A DNA stretch of 64,000 nucleotides from Podarcis melisellensis (taxonomy: Eukaryota), in assembly GCA_964234715.1 (NCBI GenBank), contig OZ174279.1; one strand, given 5' to 3'. Position numbers and translations under genes: made by a program. Positions 36,091 through 46,720 of the stretch are shown in pieces. The notes beneath the pieces were generated by a model that was not told the DNA's origin, ran no database searches, and saw only the letters and a program-made list of their open reading frames with translations. The first letter of the stretch is position 1. Each line of letters opens with the position of its first letter.

Positions 36091-39000
36091 CAATATTTTT
36101 AAAGATTGGTACAGAATTACTGTATGAGATCCAGCTGCCTTTTCAGTACATGTGTTATAGGGAGTCTGCAGCATTTTTGTTGCTGGGAAAATGCAATCTC
36201 CTCCAAATTGCTAGCATATCACTGGCTATACTTGCTATTAAGAACGATGTGGTTATGAGGTCACATCAGGCATATAGTGACTATTTCCTACAGCATCACT
36301 GATAAGAGCAGATAGTCCAAATATCATTTTGTAAACTGTAGGAGGCACTGTATGCCCACTATACTTGATTAGTGAGGGAGGTTTCAAAGCCCTATTAAAG
36401 CTAATAAAAGCCAGCTTCTTATTGGTAGCTGAGGGCTGACATTTGTGTACTGATTTGTAAGTGCACATATTCCTGGTAAGTGTTGTGTAGTGAGAAGAGG
36501 TGCCCAGGAGTTACAATCAAGACTTAAGATGGTTAGAAAGATATGCTGAAGCAGGTGGGGAACATTTGGCCTGGAGAGCAAAAGATTCCCATACATATGC
36601 TGCAGTCATGTAAAACACGAGGAACAGGTATGCCATAAGAAACGGGAAGCATTTATCACTGCAACATCAGTCTGCAAAGTATCCCTAACTCTGCTCACTA
36701 GCGTGGCAAAGCAGAGAACATGGGAAAACTCACAAGAAGGTATAGTTAACCTTAGTGGGAAGTAATTCTACATTATTATGTCCAGGATGGGAAATATCTA
36801 CCATACCGATTCTCTGTGGCATTTCCAAAGTGCAAACACAGTGGCACTTCCAATTGCCAAGCCCTACAAGATTTCAAATGAAAATGAAAACAAAAGTCTG
36901 TTTGAGTGGTACTAGATAATCCAGGAATCATGCTGTAAAGCCACAGGATCAGAAGTGGGAAATGATTAGCAATCTGGAGTGAAATATCTACCCCCACTTT
37001 TCCTCCCTTGATCTTGCTGTAGTAATAAGCCGCTTGAATTAAATGCCACAACCCACCCATACCCAGAGTACATATGATACTACAGTTCCCCGTGTGAGTG
37101 AAAGCACTCTTCTAGCATTTTCTATAATTATTGGATGATCCATTTGTCTTTTTATATAACTTCAGTGCAATCAGACTTTCCATTACTTTTGTAAGGTATA
37201 AGCCAGGGCTGAAATATTGGAAAATTAAAGTGGTGGAAGAACTTCTGTAGAGAAACGGCTCCGTGAGAACTAAGGGTCACAAAATCTAGTGCTGCCTTGT
37301 TGGACTGGAAGTTGCTCCTCCTGTGCCCATTGACTGGAAGTGATCCAAGAGTGGCATTCAACTGAACTTTACTCAGAAATTGATGAACAAGTCAGGCCCA
37401 GTAATTTTAATACTCAGCTTTGTTGAATACTGCCCTGCCCATTTTGTGACTCTCTTAAAATGACCTGGTAGCTGCCGCTGCCAAGTACAGTATCAGACGG
37501 TCAGGAAACTGAAGTCTGTCATTGGGTCTTTACAAATACAAAGAGTGTATAGAGAGGAGAGCAAATAACTACGAGGTCTTCTAATAGGTAACTCCTGCAA
37601 ACACTGCTATTAAATATAATCTTGGGATTCTATTGCACTGGATTGGCTAGTGCTCTTTCAGCAGTGGAATACCATCACCCCAATCCATTGTATTCTGGTT
37701 TCCATCAAAGGAACAGATACAAAGCCAGGACATCCTTTAGGAAAAGGCACCCCTGGAAGCATAATAATCAGTATTACATGCTGCTGCTTATAAAATCAAG
37801 AAAAAAATCCAGACCAAGGAGGCTGCTTGTTCTTTATGTATAAAGAGACATCACACGCTACTCCCCTCTTGTTATAAAATGAAATCCTGTTTCAAGCTGG
37901 TTTGCAACCATTTACTTATTGCTTCTCCCTTCCCTCCTGCACTTGTGTAGCTCTTGTCAAATCTCTTTACATCTCCCCCCTCCACTTGAAGGGACACTTT
38001 TAACCTCTCCTTTGTTGGAGGCAACTGTGAGGGAATCTAAAAGGTAGACTATGACCCCCATAACTGCTTTCACAGAAGAAGCTGGGCAGCTGCCAGCACA
38101 GCTCTTGTGCTATGAATAAGCAGACAAAAGGTGCATTGATTGCTAGCAGAACAGCTTGCCCGCTGCAGCTTTCCTTCCCAGCAATGGTTTGCTTTTTAGT
38201 GGAGGGACTTTTTCTGGGTCAGGCTGCAATTTATCTGCTGGGATGATTGTTCCCCATTAACAAGTGAGGCCAAGCCTGAATCAACAGAAAAGGCACACAC
38301 AGCTGGGTGCCCAACAATACATATGCCAGGTACTTCACAGCCACAGATGAGTCCTCTTCAAGGTTGTTTACCTTTTAATACTGCATACAGCACAAAGGAT
38401 TCAAAAACAAGAATCTCATTAAAAACAGAATAAACTTGCCAAGATTAGCATAAAAAAAATTCTCTGCCAAGTTACTCAGGATGGGCAAACACATCCAAGG
38501 ACCATTATGTGGGCAGTTTCTCTTAATCCTCTGCCTAAGAGGCCCCACTGGGCCATCAAAGGGAAGTTTGTGAATCCCAGCACTGTCAAAACCTTTAATA
38601 ATTTTTTAAGGTTTTTAATTTTTAAGAGAGGAGGAAGTTTGTGCAGCACTTGGAAAAAGAAAGCCCACTCCTCTTTACAAGAACCCACACATTCCTCTTA
38701 AGTTTTCAGGTATGAAGGACAAGATGATTCACTTTCGTCTTATCCTTATAGTTACGGTATTTTTTTAAAAAAAATGGCTCCAGGGTGAGGAAGTGTATTA
38801 TGGGTTCCCTGAGAGCCTGAAGAAAACTTGTAAACAGTATTGCAGATGTGGATTAACTAGGTTTGGAACAAGTCCTCCATTTGTGCTGGTTTTGGAAGGC
38901 AACTCCCAGTAACACAATTATACCTCTGCATGCCAAGTATTGACAAACTGGTCACTGGTCAGTATTGGTGTGGTTTTCCTCATTATCTGACAGAAGGGGG

Positions 39001-40579
39001 CAAGATCCAAAGCTGTCCTTGTGTTCTGCTACTTATCCATTTCCCCAGCCCAGGAAAGGCTAATCTGCAGCACAAAAAAGACATATTTGCTCTGCACAGG
39101 AAAAATCCAGATTGCTAAGGCACTGCTGCAGCATCAGGCTTGGGCTGAGGCAGAATACATGTGATCTGCTTGGAATTCAGGCAGCTCAGTCTCAGGGCAG
39201 GGTCCTGTCTTACAAAGGGTCATAAGCCTACAGAAAATTACCCACCCAATTCAACAGGCGTAAATAATCCAGACAACTCTGTGAGTAATAAAGCCTTCCC
39301 CACCCCATTTTTGGCTGGCAAACCCATCCATTGAGTTTGAAAACTGAACTGCATGGTGACTTGCTGCTTACACTCAATAAGCCACCTCTCTCCTTTGTAC
39401 AATATTGGGGAACCTTTGCATTTAAAAAAAAAAGTGATTTCAGCAATTTCATAATTTAAAATGTTTTCTCCCACCTGCAAAAAGAAAAACCCACTCCTGT
39501 CTGGAAATGTTAAAATTTACTCTTCCTGCCCCATCTATGTAAGGCAGCTTCAGTGATGAAAGTCTCATTAGGTGAGAATATTCCTCATCCCCAATGGCAG
39601 CTATTCTTAGGCAGACTGAAGGAAATGCAAGACACCAACAAGCATTACTGTCTTGCTCCAAGTCCCCATCATTCTTCCTCTATAATAGAGATACATTTGA
39701 TTTAAGCCTACAGCCAGCGTGGGGTCCCAAACACGAGGCAAGGGTTACACTACTCTGCAAGTGTACAGGGCATGCCCTACCCCAGGGAACTGCAGAGCTC
39801 CTTCTATTGACAACCTCCACTTTTCTTTTTTTATAAAAAGCAAAAGATAAAACCACTCTAGGGGACAAAGGTGTGCGCACACATTTGCAGTGGGGCTTCC
39901 CCAGTTGCAGGTAAATAATGCATGTTTAAACACATCAGAGGAGTGAGCTGTGGGTTATCAGCCAGAGAAGCAGACAGAGGACATGCTTTCTGTCAGGGAC
40001 TTTCCAAAATGATGGTCTCAGGGGGAAGTAATACTGGTCAGTGAAACTTGGCAACATACAGGATGGCATATTGCCAGGAGCAATCCCTGCACTTTAAAAG
40101 GTAACTACTAAAGCATATTGATGGAAGTCCAAGATGCGCATCCTTAAGGTAGTCAAAGCAAGGCAATTCCCCAGTGACACTAAGCTCGCATGCAAATACG
40201 TCAGATGCATGTAAACTAGCATTTTACCAAAACGTAGAGGAGGTTTAACAAAACCCAAGCCCACCAGCATCATTCACAAATGGAAGGGAACACACCAGCA
40301 GCAGTTCTTCAGCTAGTCTCAACTGTGTGAGCAATAGTGTAGCTCTTATGTGACTTTATCTGCTCTTGTTTAAGGCACCAGAAACACCCAACCCTTGCTA
40401 CAAGCTCTGCACTCTTCCAAAAAACCCATTGGCAATGCAATAAACTTTGGGATTTACCTCCCACTCTGGCAGAGGCAGCTTGCTGATGCAGGGCCTAAGT
40501 GGATACACAGGTTGAAGGCTCCTGACCCCAACGGCCCAATTACTGTGGATGCCCTTTTGCCTGTCCCCACCTCTAAGCT

Positions 40580-43027
40580 TCATACCACCTCACGCAATGA
40601 GTGGTGTGTGTGGTTCTGAAAGGGGGTTAATTCCTCCTGGGCAGCTGCCTTTGGGGTATCTTTCTTTTGCCTGGGTGGGGTTGGTGGTGGGAAAGTTGGA
40701 CTCTGTAAGACAGCATAGATTTCATCCTGGCCAGGTGGGCCCTGGGCCAGTCTGTGCAACAGGGGCTTCAGCAGGCCAACAGTCAGCTGGGATGACCCAC
40801 CTGGGAGAAAGGGAGGAGGATCAAGTTCTGTTGGGGGTAAGTATTGCTGAAGAATGCTCAGGATGTCAGAAGCACTCAGATTTGTAGGGCAGAGTTCCCA
40901 CAGCTTGTCCAAGTAAGGGTCCAGGTCCCTATGCTGGGAGCATTCTCTCAAAAGGATGGTGAAGATCTCTTTGTTCAGCAAAGGGCTTAGCATGGAGAAC
41001 TTTTCTGCAGCCTCCATCACACGCTGCCATCTCCTATGCTGGATAAGGAGGTCCATGGCCTGCAGGATGGCTTTGGGCCGCTGGCTGCATAGCAGGAGCT
41101 CAATTTCCATTTCCCCATCTGCCAGAGAGCCCCTGCTCCTCCTTGGCAGCACAGACAGTGCCCTTTTGTAGAGGGGCACAGCACCCTCGGGGCCCTCCTT
41201 GTTGCCGTAAGTCCAAGAGGCACCCAGGTACTCTTGGGACAGCCCCACAAACTGAGGCAGCCACTTAGGCTTGAACTGGTGCAGCGAGAGACAGACGAGT
41301 TCAAAAAGTGGAACCATCCCATTTAGAGGCCCCTCCTCTTGCTTGCTGAGGCCGGGCACTGATCCCCCCAAGATTTTCTTCCACACATCTGGAGTAGCTC
41401 TGGCTACCAGTACTCCATCCCCATTCTGTTGCAGCTGCAGGTGGTTTTGGATGGCCTTCCAAGAGGCCCAAGGGAAGGAACTGAAGATGGCATTCAGATA
41501 GGCCAGGTTCTCCTTGTTTAAGTCCAAGTGTAGAAGACGACCGAGCTCCTGCTCCACGAGCGCCTCACCATAGCTCTCCACCTCACTTTCCGAGGCCCCG
41601 ACCACACACAATTTAAGGAATTCCAGCTTTTGGTAGCTCTGCAGTTCCAGCTGCATTGTGCCCAGCAGTTTGGCGTAAGGCTCTGGGAGAGCCCTGGGAC
41701 GTTTATCCTTGGAAGCAAGGCTATAGCACAGGATGGAGGAGAGTGCAATGGGAGCCTGGAACATGTCTCCCTTTTTCAGTTTCTCTACGGTGAGCTGAGA
41801 GCTGCTGAGGCTCCGCCGCTGATAGTATTTGCAGGCCTCTTCAAAAACCATCTCCACCAGGGTGGGCTCTTCCCTGTTGGTACCAGAGACGTCAAGGCTG
41901 TAGATGCCATTTGGACCCAGGAGCTGCACTTCCTCCTCCTCGGCATGGGAGTCCAAAAAAAGCACTTCCTCCGTGCTCAGGACTTTCTTTTCTATCAACT
42001 GCCTGCTGCCCAAGTCCACAAGATAAAGAGCCCCTCCAAAGAAGCAGGCATGGGTATCCCCAAAAACCTTCAGCTGGACCTGCTCCCCTGGGGCCAAGGC
42101 ACTTCCCCCAAAGTCAAAGATGGGTCTCCACACTCCGTCAGGCTGTACCAGCTCCACCGCTCCTGCCGTGCTAACCAGGAGGAGCCCCCTGCGCCTAGAG
42201 AGCACACAGCTGTGGATATCCAAAGGGTCCATGTTTGCCAAGAGTCCCACACAGCCCAAGAGCAGCTTCTTGAAGTCCACTTCACTGCCTGGAAGCAAAG
42301 CCTTAGTACAAATGCAACCTTTGGATGGAGCAGCAATGATGATGTCAGCATTTTCGGGACGCCAGATGAGGACAAACTTGGCTACTCCCTGGAAGGTGGC
42401 TGGAGTGGGCAGCAGGAAAACACCAGAGGGTGAGGCGAGCACTCGGTACACAGGGCTGTTGTGCAAGACAATCCTTAAGGGGCTCAGCTGGGCTCCCTGC
42501 TCCCCGATCTGAAGGCGTCTAGTGCAGATGCAGTACCTGAAGGCTTTCCTCTCGGGCGTGAGCTGGGCGTCCAAGGGGGGCCTCTCCTCACACCACACCA
42601 GCTGGGCCCCCCAGCTGCAGATGGAGACAACCCGGGCACGAGCTCCATGGCACAGCTCCAGGCTCTGCAGCAAGTGCCACCCCACTGCGGGCACAAATCG
42701 CCAGAGTTCAGTCTTGCCGTGCTCCCAGATGATGGTCAGCACCCAAGGGACAGTTGTCGCGGGGCTTTCCAGGAAAAGCAGCCCCACCACGGGCGGCTGA
42801 GGAGGCTGCCAACTCCTCTCCAGGTCAGCCCCGTCGGCGCCCAGGCGCTGGAAGGCCACAACCCGAGCCTGCGAGGCCGGCTGGTTCCACAACAGAAGCA
42901 GATGCTGCCTGTCCGGGCTGACTAAGAGGCGGCTGGGAGCCTCGCCCGGGCCGCCCTGCTCCAGCAGCTCTCGCAGGCAGCGGCCGCGGACGAAGTCGCT
43001 CCAGTCCGAGACCTGCCGCAGCTTCAT
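40580..43027 (-). CDS. HPS6: BLOC-2 complex member HPS6 (Hermansky-Pudlak syndrome 6), single exon, ~815 aa
   Basis: Uninterrupted ORF. First ATG gives MKLRQVSDWSDF; motifs SPDRQHLLLL, LERSW, LVWCEER, FEEACKYYQRRSL, ELLLCSQRPKAILQA and PFLP...LTVGLLK...PPPTPPR match HPS6. Intronless as in mammals and adjacent to ARMH3. The ORF track extends to a non-ATG start at 43228. Confidence 0.95.
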   Translation of the reverse strand: MKLRQVSDWSDFVRGRCLRELLEQGGPGEAPSRLLVSPDRQHLLLLWNQPASQARVVAFQRLGADGADLERSWQPPQPPVVGLLFLESPATTVPWVLTIIWEHGKTELWRFVPAVGWHLLQSLELCHGARARVVSICSWGAQLVWCEERPPLDAQLTPERKAFRYCICTRRLQIGEQGAQLSPLRIVLHNSPVYRVLASPSGVFLLPTPATFQGVAKFVLIWRPENADIIIAAPSKGCICTKALLPGSEVDFKKLLLGCVGLLANMDPLDIHSCVLSRRRGLLLVSTAGAVELVQPDGVWRPIFDFGGSALAPGEQVQLKVFGDTHACFFGGALYLVDLGSRQLIEKKVLSTEEVLFLDSHAEEEEVQLLGPNGIYSLDVSGTNREEPTLVEMVFEEACKYYQRRSLSSSQLTVEKLKKGDMFQAPIALSSILCYSLASKDKRPRALPEPYAKLLGTMQLELQSYQKLEFLKLCVVGASESEVESYGEALVEQELGRLLHLDLNKENLAYLNAIFSSFPWASWKAIQNHLQLQQNGDGVLVARATPDVWKKILGGSVPGLSKQEEGPLNGMVPLFELVCLSLHQFKPKWLPQFVGLSQEYLGASWTYGNKEGPEGAVPLYKRALSVLPRRSRGSLADGEMEIELLLCSQRPKAILQAMDLLIQHRRWQRVMEAAEKFSMLSPLLNKEIFTILLRECSQHRDLDPYLDKLWELCPTNLSASDILSILQQYLPPTELDPPPFLPGGSSQLTVGLLKPLLHRLAQGPPGQDEIYAVLQSPTFPPPTPPRQKKDTPKAAAQEELTPFQNHTHHSLREVV

Positions 43028-43800
43028 CTCGGGGCGTCCGCCGCGGCTGCCGACCACATGGGGAAGGAGCTCAGCGGGACGCGCCGCGGCGGGGCAAAGC
43101 TGGCGGCGCCTCCCCAATGCGCCCTGCCTCTTCCAGCCGGGAGCCTCGCTCCGCCCGGTCTCCCCGCCGACTCTGGCGCCACTATATCCCCCCTCGACGC
43201 CCTTCTTGCTCTCGCCGGGCACTTCCACGTCCTCGAGGAGGGCCCCGCTGCCTGCCTCTGGCGCCTCCCGAGTCGCCTTAACTCTAGTCCGCCAGCTCCT
43301 GCGCGCCCTGCTCCTCCGCAGCGGTCAGGTCCTGGCACTCCCGGGCTCCGTCCCTCGTCCCGCTGCCCCGCTTCTTCCCTTTTTCTCCCTTCCTCGCGCG
43401 CTCTCGGGAGTTGACAGCAGCTCTCCCTTAGGCGCCCCGGGGTCCGCCCCGAGGAGGCCGAGCGCAGGCAGGTCGACCCGGGCGTTTCTCTAGCGAAGCT
43501 CTGGGCGCGCGGGCAGCGAGAACCTCGGCGCCTCTCCCCGTCCAGGTCCGAAAGCAACAGCGCCCCGCACAATTACTGCAATCACGAGGCTTCTCGTTTC
43601 CGGGCGCAGTCGCTTCCGCGGCCGGGCCTCGGCGGCAGAGCCCGAGCTGCCTCCGGCTCTCTTACTTCCGTCCCTGCCCGATGAGGTTAAAAATCTCACC
43701 GCCCCGACTGAGCTGCGGCTCCTGAGTGCAGCAGCAGGCAGGGGAGAGCAGGAGCCCCGCCGGGCCTGCTTTACAGCTCCGCCCTGCGTTAAAGAGACAC
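42780..43800 (-). promoter_or_regulatory. CpG island / promoter of HPS6
   Basis: CpG-dense block over the HPS6 5' end; ETS-type cttccg motifs at ~43613 and ~43665. Confidence 0.75.
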
Positions 43801-45152
43801 GTCATTATCATCAATAGTTTTCACTTGTATAGCGCTTCATATTTCGACGGAATCTCTAAGCGGTTTAACTTTTAGAGGAAGATCGCAGAGTATTTACTAC
43901 GAAGGGTGAGAGGACTCAGCAGGCCTTTGGCCCCTCAAAATTAGCCGCTTTGCATTACCTGCAATGCATGTTTACTCCGGTGCAAGTCCCATGGTGCTCA
44001 GCGGCGTTTACTTCGTATAACACTGCAATTTACCGTCGAAGTAAATCACAAGCCCGTGGTTTTTAGGATTGTTGAAAGCAGCAGAAGGCTTCCTCGGGGT
44101 TTTCCGACAGGAGACCAGTCACTGGTTTTATTTAACAGTGCAGTCATAGTTCCCCCTGCTTGAGTGGGCCTCACAGGAAAGTGGCCTTAGGGTAAAGATG
44201 GCAGTCTAAACTTGTAGTAACATGGTGTGCAGTCCACAAACAAATACGTTCATGGCTTGAAGTACACGAAAAGCAGCTTCTAGCCTTGAGAATAAACCCT
44301 ACTGAAATAAACTGAATTTTCTTCCAATAGGATCAGGCTGCTTTCTTAAACTCATTTATAAAACCTCCACCAAAGTTTACTGCAAAAAGGGGTTCAGTCC
44401 TGTGCACCCTTACATTCTAGAACCACTGTGGAACTTACGTTTGAGTAAAGGTGCATAGGATTGGGCTGCATATCTGTCTTGGCTCAGAGAATATTGTGTT
44501 CCAGTTTTTCAGAAAGCAACCTCAGTTTTACCTGCATAGGAGTAGTGGGGAATAGGAAGGATTGGGCCCAGCTTGGTGGTTGCCATAGGCATCAAGTTGG
44601 CCACTATGAAAAGAGGATGCTGGACTAGATCAGCTAATGGCCTGATCCAGCAGGCTGTCCTTATGTTCTTAACGATGATGTGTCTGAACTATACAAATGT
44701 GTGTGTGGGCGGCAGCACTTCTCAGATCAGGTTTCTTGCTTTGCCAAGAGTGGGGCACATTTCCCATCTTTGTATTTATTTCTTCTTCAGAAGCAAACAA
44801 GCAGGGGCAGGAAAAAGTCTGGAATGACAAACACGCCCGGACTATCTGCAGAGCAGGATGAACAGCCATCTAGTTGCAAATTTCTGCAAATCTGCTGACT
44901 GCAAGCAAGCGAATCAAACGTCAACAGTTTGTTCTTATCTAACAGTGAGTATGCGCAGCGATGCATGAAGAGTACACATTTACAGGACGACAAACCAGCT
45001 GATTGATTTGATCTGATTAAATTGCATGGATTAATTTGCAGCTAGGGTTTCTTCATGCTTATGCTGTGTGAGTGTGTAAAAGCACATGGAGGATCCTTCC
45101 TGCCTCGTGGTGGTAACTGCTTCTTTTACACAGGCTACTTCAAGGTCTAAGG

Positions 45153-45484
45153 CAGGGGTCTGCAACCTTTAAGACAAAAAGAGCCACTTGGACCCGTTTC
45201 TGCAGAAAAAAAAAATCGGGAGCCGCAAAACCATTGCGACATTTAAAACAAATATATCTCCGGAGCCGCGATCTGACAGCGGGCGGGAAGGTGACATTGG
45301 GACGGTGTGTGACTAATGCATGCACCGCCCCCATGTGACGTCACAGCCAGTACAGCGCCCGCCACAGTGGGGAGTGTCGGGGCGCACAATGCGCCTCCTC
45401 CCCTCGCTAGTATCCGCCCCGGAGCCGCGGCAAAGGTGTAAAAGAGCCACATGCGGCTCCGGAGCCGCGGGTTGCAGACCCCTG
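45153..45484. mobile_element. hAT MITE
   Basis: TIRs caggggtctgcaacc / ggttgcagacccctg, perfect 8-bp TSD gtctaagg; CpG-rich subterminal ggagccgc repeats. Confidence 0.92.
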
Positions 45485-45490
45485 GTCTAA

Positions 45491-45805
45491 GGGATGCGAG
45501 TGGTGCTGTGGGTTAAACCACAGAGCCTAGGACTTGCCGATCAGAAGGTTGGCGGTTCAAATCCCCATGACGGAGTGAGCTTCCGTTGCTCGGTCCCTGC
45601 TCCTGCCAACCTAGCCAACATCCGGCGGGAAGGTAAATGCCATTTCTGTGCGCTGCTCTGGTTCGCCAGAAGCGGCTTAGTTATGCTGGCCACATGACCC
45701 GGAAGCTGTATGCTGGCTCTCTCGGCCAATAAAGAGAGGAGTGCCGCAACCCCAGAGCTGGTCACTACGGGACCTAACGGTCAGGGGTCCCTTTACCTTT
45801 ACCAT
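45491..45805 (+). mobile_element. Sauria SINE
   Basis: gggatgcgagtggtgctgtgggttaaaccacag head, ggttcaaatcc B-box, (acctt)n tail, TSD tacttcaaggtct on both sides. Confidence 0.9.
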
Positions 45806-45915
45806 TACTTCAAGGTCTTAGGAACGGGGATCAGCTGATTAGAGATCTTGGAGGCAGATTATGTGAATGTGGATCCTTTTACTAGTACAGGAGAAGAGAA
45901 GTTTTCCATTAGGAG

Positions 45916-46006
45916 CATAGCTGTCAACTTTTCCCATTTTTTTAAGGGAAATTCCCTTATCCCGAATAGGATTCCTCACAAGAAAAGGAAAAAGTTGACA
46001 GCTATG
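45916..46006. mobile_element. Short hAT MITE (catagctgtcaac TIR)
   Basis: TIRs catagctgtcaacttttcc / ggaaaaagttgacagctatg; TSD attaggag/ataaggag. Confidence 0.85.
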
Positions 46007-46249
46007 ATAAGGAGGGCTTAAGATTCCCGTACGCAGGACACTGGATCCCTCTAGTACGATTCTTTGCATGTTAACTCTGGAGTAAGCTGCAATAGGTAAA
46101 AAAGCGCGTGGGGTGTAAATACACTGGATCGGGCTGTGACAATTACAACTGCTTACGTACTTTCTAATCCTGGGGTAGATTACAAAACAACTGGCTGCGG
46201 GGAGCCAGTTCTGCTGAAGATTTCCTTTCCCCCCATATATGCCCGTGTA

Positions 46250-46720
46250 AGGCCGGCTCTCGCCTATGCCGTTCGCTTTTCATCCGCACTCAACTCGCAC
46301 TAGTACCCAGCGGAAGCCGTCCTCCGCAAGGTGGTTGGAGGTGGGGCCGGGCAGATAAAGGACGGCGCGCCTGCGTAGTAGGGAGAGGGCGGGGCGAAGT
46401 CTGACTCGGTGGCGCATGCGCGCCGAGAGGCGGTCGCCCCGCTCAGGTAACGGGGGCTGTTTCGCTCCCTTCCTTTTAGGGTCCGGCCTCGGTTGCGCCC
46501 CGCGCTGTGTAGTTAGGCTGCGCCCTTTGAGGCTAGGAGGGAACGGCCAGGGTGCGAAGTTGGGGTGGCGGTGGGAGAGGACCTGGCGGCATTGCCTGGG
46601 GTCGGGTGGCAAAACATGACTGGGAGGGAGGCGTGTTGGGGTGCAGAGGGGGACTTTGGAGGAGGCTGCCTGTGGGGCGCTCTTGGGGGCGTGTTTAGGG
46701 AGAAGAGGGCCTGAGCGCAC
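46250..46720 (+). promoter_or_regulatory. CpG island / promoter and first non-coding exon of ARMH3
   Basis: GC box gggcggggc 46387-46395, NRF1-type palindrome GCGCATGCGC 46412-46421, ETS cggaag ~46311, donor cag|gtaacg at 46446. Confidence 0.75.

Noticed and set aside
41630-42925. Long + strand ORFs (267 aa, 130 aa and others)
   Set aside because: Antisense shadows of the HPS6 coding sequence
43024-43699. Separate upstream ORFs (182 aa and others) near HPS6
   Set aside because: CpG-island artefacts without recognisable homology
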